This document shows, piece after piece, positions 48,040-57,017 of a stretch of DNA of 64,000 nt. Source of the stretch: a virus. Every line of letters starts with the position of its first letter. The stretch's first letter is position 1. The translations under genes and the position numbers were made by a program. The notes beneath the pieces are model-generated. The model was not told the origin of the DNA, searched no databases, and was given only the letters and a program-made list of their open reading frames with translations. The stretch spans positions 3,816 to 67,815 of the IMG/VR virus record IMGVR_UViG_3300010160_000045; one strand, written 5' to 3'.

Positions 48040-48388
48040 CCGTTTTTTTCGCTTTATACCTTTGCCTTATCTACCTTTTAACCCTTGATTAAATTTTAAT
48101 CATTAGTGTTGATTATTTTATTGTCAATCTCTCAAAACCTCTGGTATCAAGGCTTTCAGCTACATTTTAATAATGTGGCTTTTTTTGTGTCTTTATTTCT
48201 TTGCTTACTTTCTTTTTTAACAGTTTTTTAACACAAATTTTATTGCTTTTTTATATTAATTATAAAAATTATTGTGCTGATTTATAGCACTTTACAACTT
48301 ATTTTAAAAATAAATTTGGTTTGTGTTGTTTATGCTTATATCATTGCATCAACAAATCAAAACAACTACTAACTTTTAAACTTTATAG

Positions 48389-48581
48389 CATGGAAAATTT
48401 AAATAATATCAAATCTACAATAACTTACAAAGGTGTTTGTAATGAAGCCCGCCAAACGTCATACGGCATGCAAACAACTACTTATGTAATTTATAGAAAT
48501 AATTCCTTAATAACATCTTTAATTAAAGAAAAGGGAACTATTTTAACTTCCTTTTACTTAGGCAATGAAATTACAAATTAA
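48389..48581 (+). CDS. Hypothetical early protein
   Basis: Likely start MENLNNIK within track ORF 48321..48581. Confidence 0.45.
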
Positions 48582-48627
48582 TTAATAAATAAAAACAAAT
48601 AATATAAACTTTTTAAAACTTAACAAA

Positions 48628-48870
48628 ATGAAACTAATTAACGACAATTTAAATTTACAAAATTTTGATGCTTGGAGCGGAGCTGTAGACACAAAAGAAA
48701 CTATTTTAAAACATAACAAGGAAAGAGATTTTGAATACTTAATTGAAGAACTTTATCCTGATGGTTTAACCGATACACAATTAAATGATATACTTTGGTT
48801 TGATAGTGAATGGATTTTTGAGAATATAGGAATTGACGAAGAAGAAGAAGAGAACGAAGAAGAAGAGTAA
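48628..48870 (+). CDS. Acidic early protein
   Basis: 'FDAWSGAVDT...TDTQLNDILWFD', very acidic C-terminus. Confidence 0.7.
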   Translation: MKLINDNLNLQNFDAWSGAVDTKETILKHNKERDFEYLIEELYPDGLTDTQLNDILWFDSEWIFENIGIDEEEEENEEEE

Positions 48871-48955
48871 ATTTTTTAAAATTCAAATAACTTAAATAAA
48901 TAATAACAAGGGAGTAAATATTCGCTCCCTTGTAAACTAACTAAACTTTAAAAAA

Positions 48956-49504
48956 ATGAAAACAACTATTGATAACACACAAAGACAATTTTTAATAATC
49001 AATCAAGGCTTTGGCAGTACTAAAAATATTTTCTGCAATCTTCAGAATATACCTTTTATTTTAGCTGAGTACTTTGAGCCAAATGAAGAGTATAAAATTT
49101 ATGAGTATTGGAACAGAAAGCTAAAACAAGTAAGTAAAAAGTTTTTAAAAGAACTTTACAAGGCTAACCAGATTAACCCGCTTAACATTATACAAACTAT
49201 TGACATTAACGCTTATGAATGGTTTGATAAGGTTAACGGAAATAGTTATTTTTCGGCTTCGGTTTGTCTTAACTATGGTTTAAATACCTCTAAAACAATT
49301 ATTTTGCCTTTTCAATATGGTTATGGGGATTTTTATAAACAATCAACTTTTGAAGCACTTATTGAAGCCAATTTAATACACGATGTTAAAAAGTACGAGA
49401 GCGGAGGTAATGAAGGAATTTATAATTTTTGCCAACGTAACAAAATAACACTAAGAACAAGCAAAAAAGAAAATTGTAAAAAAGCAGAGTTAAAAAATAT
49501 TTAA
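48956..49504 (+). CDS. Hypothetical early protein
   Basis: 182 aa, 'WFDKVNGNSYFSA...PFQYGYGD'. Confidence 0.7.
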   Translation: MKTTIDNTQRQFLIINQGFGSTKNIFCNLQNIPFILAEYFEPNEEYKIYEYWNRKLKQVSKKFLKELYKANQINPLNIIQTIDINAYEWFDKVNGNSYFSASVCLNYGLNTSKTIILPFQYGYGDFYKQSTFEALIEANLIHDVKKYESGGNEGIYNFCQRNKITLRTSKKENCKKAELKNI

Positions 49505-49571
49505 ACTAACAATACAAGGGGCGCAGCATCCTAAAAACTGCAAATTACAAACTAACTAAAACTAAAACAAA

Positions 49572-49811
49572 ATGAAAAACTACACTTTAAAAACTTGCGA
49601 AGAATTAATTTATAAATACGTCAATAATTTAGGCGGAGAATGTCTGGAAATAGAAGAAGGCTGTTTGGGGTTAGGCACTATTTTATTACATAGCGCAGAA
49701 GGAAAAAAAGCTATATTAATAAAGGAATTTTTTATAAACGAATGGACAAGTGGACACACAATAAGAACATACAACAATTTACCAAAAAAATACAATAAAC
49801 TAATTGACTAA
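49572..49811 (+). CDS. Hypothetical early protein
   Basis: 79 aa, A/C-rich start context. Confidence 0.7.
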   Translation: MKNYTLKTCEELIYKYVNNLGGECLEIEEGCLGLGTILLHSAEGKKAILIKEFFINEWTSGHTIRTYNNLPKKYNKLID

Positions 49812-49927
49812 TGAAACTACTAATTTTATTTTTAACATTAACATTGTTTGCCTGCGAAACACCTAAAAAATGCAGTGCATACCCTAAGACACCATTAAAA
49901 AATTATTATTCACCTTCACATAACTAA
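49811..49927 (+). CDS. Small putative lipoprotein (38 aa)
   Basis: MKLLILFLTLTLFA-C lipobox-like signal. TAATG coupling with the upstream gene. Confidence 0.5.
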   Translation: MKLLILFLTLTLFACETPKKCSAYPKTPLKNYYSPSHN

Positions 49928-49930
49928 ACT

Positions 49931-50221
49931 ATGAAAACAACATTAAAAAATGCCATCAAATTGGCGCAAGAAATTCAAAAAAAGTATAATGAATTAAACA
50001 ATGATAACGAAGGTTTTTTTGACTTGTATCACGATGATTTATTAATACAAAGTGATTGTGCTTGGCTGGAAGTAGAAGAATTGGAAGAAGACCTTAAAAA
50101 CAAGCAAAAAGAATATGCAGAAATCTCGATGCAAAACTTGAGAGATACATTAGCCTATGTCACGTTTATAATTGACATACAAAACCAGTTAAACAACTGC
50201 CCAAAATCAATTTACGGATAA
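49931..50221 (+). CDS. Hypothetical early protein
   Basis: 96-aa ORF. Confidence 0.65.
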   Translation: MKTTLKNAIKLAQEIQKKYNELNNDNEGFFDLYHDDLLIQSDCAWLEVEELEEDLKNKQKEYAEISMQNLRDTLAYVTFIIDIQNQLNNCPKSIYG

Positions 50222-50247
50222 ATACAAACCAACTAAAAAACAAAACT

Positions 50248-50649
50248 ATGAATACTACAACAAATTTAACAAGCTATTTATTACAATCTGTTACCTGCAG
50301 AATTGAAAAGGATGACTATAATAAAGGATGTTCTAATGAGACATTTCACGATTTTATGATAGGTATAAATACAATTTTTCATTCTAAGGAAGAATTGATT
50401 CAAAGAATGAATGAAGATTTGTTTGGAGCAGAATACAAAGAATCTGATTTTGATTTTGAGCAGTTATTTGATGGGCATAATGTACAGACAGATGTACTTG
50501 TAACATTCAAACCAAACGTAGATTGGCAAGAATTCTATTATCGTACAGATGCTGAATTAAAAAAATGGAAAAAGGGAAATATGGATATGTATAACGCAAG
50601 ATTTTACTTTAGTGTATTGCCAATCCAAGTACTAACCAATAATAACTAA
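50248..50649 (+). CDS. Hypothetical early protein
   Basis: 133-aa ORF. Confidence 0.65.
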   Translation: MNTTTNLTSYLLQSVTCRIEKDDYNKGCSNETFHDFMIGINTIFHSKEELIQRMNEDLFGAEYKESDFDFEQLFDGHNVQTDVLVTFKPNVDWQEFYYRTDAELKKWKKGNMDMYNARFYFSVLPIQVLTNNN

Positions 50650-50653
50650 AACT

Positions 50654-50893
50654 ATGAACACACTAAATCAACTACAAAAAAATGTTTCTTTTTTATTTTC
50701 AAGTTACGGACACAACAAAGTAACTATAATTTTTAGAGGGAAAGAGTACAAATGTATCTCAACAAATACACAGGCAACCGACCGAATTAAAGACGATAAC
50801 GAAGGACTTGACAGAAATAGTTACTACACCACTAAAAAAGAAGCCTATTTAAGCCTATATAATGAAGTTAAGAGGGCAAACAATCTAAAATAA
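50654..50893 (+). CDS. Hypothetical early protein
   Basis: 79-aa ORF. Confidence 0.65.
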   Translation: MNTLNQLQKNVSFLFSSYGHNKVTIIFRGKEYKCISTNTQATDRIKDDNEGLDRNSYYTTKKEAYLSLYNEVKRANNLK

Positions 50894-50899
50894 ATAAAG

Positions 50900-51061
50900 A
50901 TGAAACACACAATACAAACCAACCTAACAAAAGGAGTAAAGATGAGCGAAATATTGCCTTTTTTAAAGATAATAGCGCAGCAGCAAAAATTGGACTTAAC
51001 AAGGTTAACCCAGTTTAACAAAGCTAAAAGATTTTTATTAATATCTATAAACCAAAACTAA
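50900..51061 (+). CDS. Hypothetical protein (53 aa)
   Basis: Gap-filling ORF MKHTIQTNLTK... Confidence 0.5.
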   Translation: MKHTIQTNLTKGVKMSEILPFLKIIAQQQKLDLTRLTQFNKAKRFLLISINQN

Positions 51062-51062
51062 C

Positions 51063-51236
51063 ATGGACACACTAACAGAAATTATTGAAAAGCTAAACGA
51101 ATTAGCTATTGACACGCAACACGATTTAAAGCAAGATTGGAACGAAGAAAAAGAGTTAACCGCTATTCACTTGCAAATGTTATTAATTGCAAAAGCTAAT
51201 TTAGAAATGATTAAACAAACAACTAAAACAAAATAA
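51063..51236 (+). CDS. Hypothetical protein (57 aa)
   Basis: Gap-filling ORF MDTLTEIIEK... Confidence 0.5.
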   Translation: MDTLTEIIEKLNELAIDTQHDLKQDWNEEKELTAIHLQMLLIAKANLEMIKQTTKTK

Positions 51237-51238
51237 CA

Positions 51239-51481
51239 ATGAAAACAAAATCAGGACACGAAGCACAAATCCAACATTGCTATAATGAATATATAAAAGA
51301 AAATTGCAAACAATATAAAGGTTATGAATATGCAATAAGCTGGAATAGTCATATTTTATATATTTATGAAGATGGCGAAGTTATAAAAAGCGCAGAATTG
51401 ACCACGCCTAAATGGACTTTTGATAACTGGGCACAATATTACATACAAGGACTAATAAACAAATCAAACAAAACAAACTAA
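51239..51481 (+). CDS. Hypothetical early protein
   Basis: 80-aa ORF. Confidence 0.65.
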   Translation: MKTKSGHEAQIQHCYNEYIKENCKQYKGYEYAISWNSHILYIYEDGEVIKSAELTTPKWTFDNWAQYYIQGLINKSNKTN

Positions 51482-51483
51482 CA

Positions 51484-52044
51484 ATGAAAACACAAAAACA
51501 AATTTTAAGAGAAAAGGCGCACACATACGGACTTAAAGCCTTAACAGATGCAGAAATATTAAACATATTGAATTATAAAGGAGCTGAGGAAGAATTTTAT
51601 AGTAGTCAGTTTTTTAAAGCAGCAAAGGAAATATTGAGAAGGCAAGAAGTTAAAGAAGTGATAAAGATTAAAAGCAGCGGAGATGCCTATAATATTTTAA
51701 GCCATTTGGAAGGACTAAACCACGAGCAGTTTTGGTGCGTATACCTGAAAAGGAATAACCAAGTAATAAAGGATGAATTTATAAGTAAGGGAGGAATAAC
51801 AGCGACAATAGTAGACACAAAAATAATATTAAAAACAGCTATTAATTTAGATGCGAGCGCAATAGTTTTATGCCACAACCACCCAAGCGGAGAGGCAAGA
51901 CCAAGCAGCGCAGATATAGAGATAACAAACAAGGTTAAAGATGCAGCAAAATTGATGGATATACAAGTGGTTGACCATATAATTATAGGCAACGGGCAAA
52001 ACCTTGTAAAATACTATTCATTTTGCGATGAAGGAATGATTTAA
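51484..52044 (+). CDS. radC: RadC-like JAB domain protein
   Basis: 'EQFW.VYL', 'IVLCHNHPSGEARPSSADI', 'VVDHIIIG'. Confidence 0.9.
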   Translation: MKTQKQILREKAHTYGLKALTDAEILNILNYKGAEEEFYSSQFFKAAKEILRRQEVKEVIKIKSSGDAYNILSHLEGLNHEQFWCVYLKRNNQVIKDEFISKGGITATIVDTKIILKTAINLDASAIVLCHNHPSGEARPSSADIEITNKVKDAAKLMDIQVVDHIIIGNGQNLVKYYSFCDEGMI

Positions 52045-52081
52045 ATAACAACTAATAAACTAAAACTAAACTAACAAGAAG

Positions 52082-52303
52082 ATGGAAGCAAAACCAATTA
52101 AATCAAACGAAATATTAAGAATTGTTTTAAACGATGATAAAATGAGAGAAATGTTTGGGGAGGAATCGAGCAAAAGAAGGTTGACTTTCGGCTCTCAATT
52201 TAACGGAGGCTCAAAGTTAGCAGGAAAGAAAATAGGAGTGCAAAGATTTCACAACGAACAATTAGCAATCGCAAGAAGTGTATATTATCAATTTAATGAT
52301 TAA
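52082..52303 (+). CDS. Hypothetical protein
   Basis: 73-aa ORF. Confidence 0.6.
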   Translation: MEAKPIKSNEILRIVLNDDKMREMFGEESSKRRLTFGSQFNGGSKLAGKKIGVQRFHNEQLAIARSVYYQFND

Positions 52304-52333
52304 TTAACAACTAACAAACTAAAACTAAACACA

Positions 52334-52612
52334 ATGAACACAACACACACACAAGGAAATTGGCACACAAACGATGGGCAAATTTACACCGAAGAAACAG
52401 GCAAAACACTTGCTTTAATACCTTACTTTGATAAGGATAACGAAGAAATGGAAGCAAATAGTAAATTGATAGCAGCAGCGCCAAATTTATTGAAAGCCTT
52501 GCAAAACTTATTGGAGGACGTGCAGTATAGTATTAAAGATATACCATTGGGAGCAATAGGGCAAAGACAAATAAACGCAGCAAAAGAAGCTATAAACAAA
52601 GCAATACTATAA
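52334..52612 (+). CDS. Hypothetical phage protein ('HT.G.W...ANSKLIAAAP.LL' type)
   Basis: Carries a motif common in small phage proteins. Confidence 0.7.
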   Translation: MNTTHTQGNWHTNDGQIYTEETGKTLALIPYFDKDNEEMEANSKLIAAAPNLLKALQNLLEDVQYSIKDIPLGAIGQRQINAAKEAINKAIL

Positions 52613-52616
52613 AACA

Positions 52617-52832
52617 ATGCAAATACAACAAACAATTAACCCAGAAACCGTTTCAATTTACAACAATGGCGAGTACATTGGAGATATAACAAATAGAAAT
52701 ACTTTCTTTGAAGCTATACATAAGAACGGAATGAAAGCAGTTTTTAGCACGTTTGATGCCGCTAAAAAACTATTTGAAGAAGTAGTAAAGCCAAGTACAA
52801 TAAAACAAAACAATCAAATCAATTTATTTTAA
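52617..52832 (+). CDS. Hypothetical protein
   Basis: 71-aa ORF. Confidence 0.6.
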   Translation: MQIQQTINPETVSIYNNGEYIGDITNRNTFFEAIHKNGMKAVFSTFDAAKKLFEEVVKPSTIKQNNQINLF

Positions 52833-52843
52833 TAAATAACAAT

Positions 52844-53203
52844 ATGAAACTAACTAAACAAGAAACACAAAAATTAGCTGATATTTTAAGTAATTTAAAA
52901 ACAGCGCAGAAGTACATTTCAAAGGAAGAAATAAGAATAATTAATACAAGCTATAAAACAGGCTTTAAAGAAGATATTTATACCAATGGAACTGGAGTAC
53001 AAGTAGGAGTAAATATAGATAAGGAAATAGGCAGCGACATTGTATATTTAAGAAATGCAATACAAAAGTTAGAGTATTTTCTTTATCCCCCACAAATAGA
53101 AACTGAAAGCTGCGGAGGAATTGAAGCCACAATGTACGAAATATGCAAGCCAAACGGAATAACAATAGGAAACGCAAACACAAAATATATAAAATCATTT
53201 TAA
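52844..53203 (+). CDS. Hypothetical protein
   Basis: 119-aa ORF. Confidence 0.6.
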   Translation: MKLTKQETQKLADILSNLKTAQKYISKEEIRIINTSYKTGFKEDIYTNGTGVQVGVNIDKEIGSDIVYLRNAIQKLEYFLYPPQIETESCGGIEATMYEICKPNGITIGNANTKYIKSF

Positions 53204-53225
53204 TAATTCTAAAACTAAACTAACT

Positions 53226-53471
53226 ATGAACACAAAAAAATTAATCACCTTATCAACATTTGTATTTTTATTAATCTTTGCACTCCCTTTATTAGTGGGC
53301 AAGATACAACTAAACAACACGCTAATTGTTTGCCAAAACTTAACGGAGAGAACTGATGCAGATATTGAAAGTGTATTGCTGACATTTGGATTTGAAAACA
53401 ACTGGAATCAAGAGCCTACAATCGTAAATATTTGGGAAGTGGGAGCAAACACAATAGCACAAACATTTTAA
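53226..53471 (+). CDS. Hypothetical membrane-anchored protein
   Basis: N-terminal hydrophobic helix. Confidence 0.6.
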   Translation: MNTKKLITLSTFVFLLIFALPLLVGKIQLNNTLIVCQNLTERTDADIESVLLTFGFENNWNQEPTIVNIWEVGANTIAQTF

Positions 53472-53494
53472 TAAACAAATAACAACAAAACACA

Positions 53495-53767
53495 ATGGAA
53501 ACAAATTTCAAAAACAAGGTAAAGCAAAGCGCATTTATAAATTGGTATTTCTCCGATGAATATGATGTTAAATCTATTGCAAAAATGGTGGTAGAAAAAT
53601 TAAAGGATGATGGCGCAATAACCCTTTCAGTCAGTCAACTATTCAACGAGGCTGGATACATACCTCAGCACATATGTGAGGTAGATGGAGCTGAAAAGGA
53701 TTTTTTAAGCGAAGATGAATACCAACCAAGCGAAGTAGAACTGATTGATGACATTACTAAAAACTAA
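53495..53767 (+). CDS. Hypothetical protein
   Basis: 90-aa ORF. Confidence 0.6.
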   Translation: METNFKNKVKQSAFINWYFSDEYDVKSIAKMVVEKLKDDGAITLSVSQLFNEAGYIPQHICEVDGAEKDFLSEDEYQPSEVELIDDITKN

Positions 53768-53770
53768 ACT

Positions 53771-54118
53771 ATGAAAAACGCAAACGAAAACTATAAACAT
53801 TTTATTGGAGGAGGAGACCAACACAGGTTAAACTTTGGACACACTATGACTGAGGGAGTATATCAACTATGCACCGACTACCAATGTTTTTGGCTTATTG
53901 AGGTTATATTGAGCCATCAACACACTAAAGAAGTAAAAGCAGAGCCATTTCAGGTATGGAAATTACAAAGAGTAAAGGACAATGAATTTAAAGTTACCGC
54001 AGAAGATGGCAACGATAACATAATAGCAGAGCAATACATTGAATTTAGCGACTTTAAAGATGATGAAGTTACAATATGGAATGTAGATAGAACAATTTTA
54101 TTACCTAATGAATATTAA
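53771..54118 (+). CDS. DUF6876-like protein
   Basis: 'TEGV..L....QCFWL...I.SHQ...FQVWKL...DGND.....QYIEFSDF...ILLPNEY'. Confidence 0.65.
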   Translation: MKNANENYKHFIGGGDQHRLNFGHTMTEGVYQLCTDYQCFWLIEVILSHQHTKEVKAEPFQVWKLQRVKDNEFKVTAEDGNDNIIAEQYIEFSDFKDDEVTIWNVDRTILLPNEY

Positions 54119-54121
54119 ACT

Positions 54122-54352
54122 ATGAAAAAACTATTAACAATGTTAACCCAGTTTAATACACCTCAACAAGAGGTGGAAGCCAAACCGAAAGAACACTATT
54201 TGCAACATCGAATGAAGCGACTACAAAAGTTAGCGCAGCTATCACGAGAAGACAAGAACGCCTGCAAAGTAATACAAGCGCATAGGCTAATCAACGAACT
54301 GCAAAAACACTTATGTAACCAAACAAAAATTAACCTACCTTATATCAACTAA
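54122..54352 (+). CDS. Hypothetical protein
   Basis: 76-aa ORF. Confidence 0.6.
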   Translation: MKKLLTMLTQFNTPQQEVEAKPKEHYLQHRMKRLQKLAQLSREDKNACKVIQAHRLINELQKHLCNQTKINLPYIN

Positions 54353-54353
54353 A

Positions 54354-54533
54354 ATGAAGAAGCAGACATACGAAGAACAACTAATCGAATGCAGAATGTT
54401 ACTGCAAAAGTACAAGTTAAGACGAGCCGAAGTAATGAAATGGTCAAACATAAGGAGAGAAGTAAAGGACATTGAGAAGACCATTGCAGACCAAGAAATT
54501 AAAGAGAGACAACTAATAAACCTAACAACCTAA
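54354..54533 (+). CDS. Hypothetical protein (59 aa)
   Basis: Gap-filling ORF MKKQTYEEQLIEC... Confidence 0.55.
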   Translation: MKKQTYEEQLIECRMLLQKYKLRRAEVMKWSNIRREVKDIEKTIADQEIKERQLINLTT

Positions 54534-54537
54534 AACT

Positions 54538-54732
54538 ATGAACAAGCAATCAAAACACCTATCGGAATTTAACCCCAACCAAATACTACAAATCGTTAGC
54601 TGGGGCGCAGACAAGTTAAAGCTACCATCAAGCCTATTGGAAGATAGGAACACCAAGATAAAGTTGGAGGAGGTAAACGGCAAGGAATACATTGTCGGAG
54701 TAGATTTAAACGGAATGACAATAGAGCCATGA
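54538..54732 (+). CDS. Hypothetical protein
   Basis: 64 aa, ATGA-coupled. Confidence 0.6.
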   Translation: MNKQSKHLSEFNPNQILQIVSWGADKLKLPSSLLEDRNTKIKLEEVNGKEYIVGVDLNGMTIEP

Positions 54733-54911
54733 CGAAGTTAGATTGGTGGAAGTTTCATCGAGGAATCGTGGACACACCTAAAATAAAACCGAAAAACTAC
54801 TCCCTTGTTTATCGCAATGGAGTAGTAGTAATAGCAGATGTAAGCTATCCGCTATGTGTCACAATGAAGAAGCAACACCCAAACGCAGAAATTAAACCAA
54901 ACTATAGATGA
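54729..54911 (+). CDS. Hypothetical protein
   Basis: 60 aa, ATGA-coupled. Confidence 0.6.
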   Translation: MTKLDWWKFHRGIVDTPKIKPKNYSLVYRNGVVVIADVSYPLCVTMKKQHPNAEIKPNYR

Positions 54912-55111
54912 GACCAACACCCGAAGCAGAACTAAAGAAGTACTCCAAAATATTGGAGTACTTTATTCAAAACCCCGACAAGAAACAAACCACCATCAAG
55001 AAGTTGGAGGTCAAGGTAAACTACCTAAAGGCACAAGTACGCAACAAGAAAGCCTACACGAAAGCGAAGAGGGCAGAGAACTACAAACTAAAAAAGGAGG
55101 CAAACAAATGA
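54908..55111 (+). CDS. Hypothetical basic protein
   Basis: 67 aa, ATGA-coupled. Confidence 0.6.
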   Translation: MRPTPEAELKKYSKILEYFIQNPDKKQTTIKKLEVKVNYLKAQVRNKKAYTKAKRAENYKLKKEANK

Positions 55112-55704
55112 GAAAAGAAAGAGTAAAGGGAATGGGACAAAAGGAACTTGTAAACGTAAGGCTTGTAAACATTATATTTAGGGCAGTAATGAACTACTAT
55201 GATGTTACCGAAGAACTTATATGTAGCAATTCAAGAAGGAAGGAACACACCGAGCCGAGACACATTATATGCGCTCTTATATACTCCTTCACGCACAACA
55301 ACCAAACTGTTATTGGGCAGAGGATAGGAGGCAAAGACCACGCAACAATAAACCACTCAATGAAAAATGTAGTGAACTGGTATGAATCAGACAAAGGATT
55401 TAGGGATATGGTCAACAAGATTATGTCCTACATAAACTTTGAATGTAAGCACACCTTTACCTTTCAGCAAGTGTTAGACGTGAAGCAGGGTATAAGAGGA
55501 CTAAAGTATGAGAGGGACACACTTGTTGAGTCATTCAACACAAAGGTGTCAGACCTAATGTATACGGAGGATACACTCGCCATTTTAGACATCGTAAAGC
55601 AACTGAAAATTATTAATGGTGAGATATGGTCAAGGGAAGTACAAAAAGAATTTAAACAACAACTAAAACAAGAAGCAGATGCTGAACAAACGCAATCCAA
55701 TTAA
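55108..55704 (+). CDS. Protein with a DnaA C-terminal (domain IV)-like HTH
   Basis: 'ICSNSRRKEHTEPRHII...IGQRIGGKDHATINHS'. Confidence 0.8.
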   Translation: MRKERVKGMGQKELVNVRLVNIIFRAVMNYYDVTEELICSNSRRKEHTEPRHIICALIYSFTHNNQTVIGQRIGGKDHATINHSMKNVVNWYESDKGFRDMVNKIMSYINFECKHTFTFQQVLDVKQGIRGLKYERDTLVESFNTKVSDLMYTEDTLAILDIVKQLKIINGEIWSREVQKEFKQQLKQEADAEQTQSN

Positions 55705-55788
55705 GAACCAATGGCTGCTGGACATATTCATTATGGCAGTAGTATCTATATTAACTTACATAGTACTAACAAGCAAATAACTAAACCA

Positions 55789-56007
55789 ATGGAATTTACA
55801 AAACAAATTATCAAGTTTACATCTTACACTAACAAGGAGGGGTGGACTATTGATGTAACTAAAGACAACAAGGTGGGAATCTACAATCCCAAGAACGAAC
55901 TTGTACTATTCAAGCAACTTACATTCAACGAGCAGAAGGAAGTGATGCCATTGATTAGGTTTATTGAGGCAGACACTAAACGCAACTTTAAACTAATTGA
56001 GGACTAA
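55789..56007 (+). CDS. Hypothetical protein
   Basis: Likely start MEFTKQ within track ORF 55711..56007. Confidence 0.55.
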   Translation: MEFTKQIIKFTSYTNKEGWTIDVTKDNKVGIYNPKNELVLFKQLTFNEQKEVMPLIRFIEADTKRNFKLIED

Positions 56008-56107
56008 TTTAAAATCATTCTAAATTAACATAAGCATTAGTAAATCAAATACCTATGGCTTATATTTGTGTATTATTAATTATTTATAAACTTTAATCTA
56101 TTAAACA

Positions 56108-56770
56108 ATGGGATTCGGAGAACAAAAAACAAGCGGAAGCACTACTTATGTAAACATAGTAGGCGGAAAATTATCAATCAGAGCCAAGGAAGGCGATGAG
56201 GGTGCAGTAAGCAGAACAAACAAGAACGATGTGGTGGTTTGGGAGAAGCATTACCCCAACCTAACTGGTGCGTTGATTAATGTTGAGTGCAAGATGAATG
56301 AGAAGTTGAAGGCTAACGAGTACATCGTTACTATTGACGATGTGGGAACTACATACAAGCTATCTATTCCTTGTGATTCAAACTACGGAGATAGCTTCAT
56401 AGTGAGGCTGCCTAACTTAAAGCTAAACCAATTATACACGTTCACTCCATTCGACTTTGAGGACAAGGTAAAGAAGAACAAGAAGGGAGAGCCAATGAAG
56501 ATTATCGGTGTGTCTATCAAGCAAGGGGAGGACAAGATTCAACCTTTCTATACAAGAGAAGAGCCGAAGGACAGACCTGTAGGCGAGGAGAATATGGATT
56601 CCGATGACTATAAGGTTTATCAAATCAAACTCCGTAAGTTTTATAGAGGGTTGGTGGAAAAGTTTGCCGATGCAAATGACAAGAACTTTGCAGGGTATGA
56701 GCAGAAGGCAGCACCAAAGAAGCAGAGCAGCAAGAAGGCTCAAGAAGATGATTCAAGTTTACCCTTTTAA
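56108..56770 (+). CDS. Putative single-stranded DNA-binding protein
   Basis: Acidic C-terminal tail 'EDDSSLPF', own promoter TATATTTG at 56061-56068, next to recombination genes. Confidence 0.6.
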   Translation: MGFGEQKTSGSTTYVNIVGGKLSIRAKEGDEGAVSRTNKNDVVVWEKHYPNLTGALINVECKMNEKLKANEYIVTIDDVGTTYKLSIPCDSNYGDSFIVRLPNLKLNQLYTFTPFDFEDKVKKNKKGEPMKIIGVSIKQGEDKIQPFYTREEPKDRPVGEENMDSDDYKVYQIKLRKFYRGLVEKFADANDKNFAGYEQKAAPKKQSSKKAQEDDSSLPF

Positions 56771-56795
56771 TTACTAACAACTAATAACTAACAAT

Positions 56796-57017
56796 ATGAA
56801 AATAGAAACAAAGTACTCCGTAAACGATATGATTTGGTTTTACCTAAACGGAAAGGTAGTAGAAGCACCAATCTACAAGGTTGACATAGGTGTATACGAA
56901 AGCTATACAACCATACAATATATGGTCAATGTTGGCATAATCGGTAATATAAAGTTTGAATCAGTTAAGGAAGAACTTTCCTTTGAAAATAAACAAGAAC
57001 TTATAAAGTCGCTATGA
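56796..57017 (+). CDS. Hypothetical protein
   Basis: 73 aa, 'MKIETKY.VND.IWF'. Confidence 0.65.
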   Translation: MKIETKYSVNDMIWFYLNGKVVEAPIYKVDIGVYESYTTIQYMVNVGIIGNIKFESVKEELSFENKQELIKSL

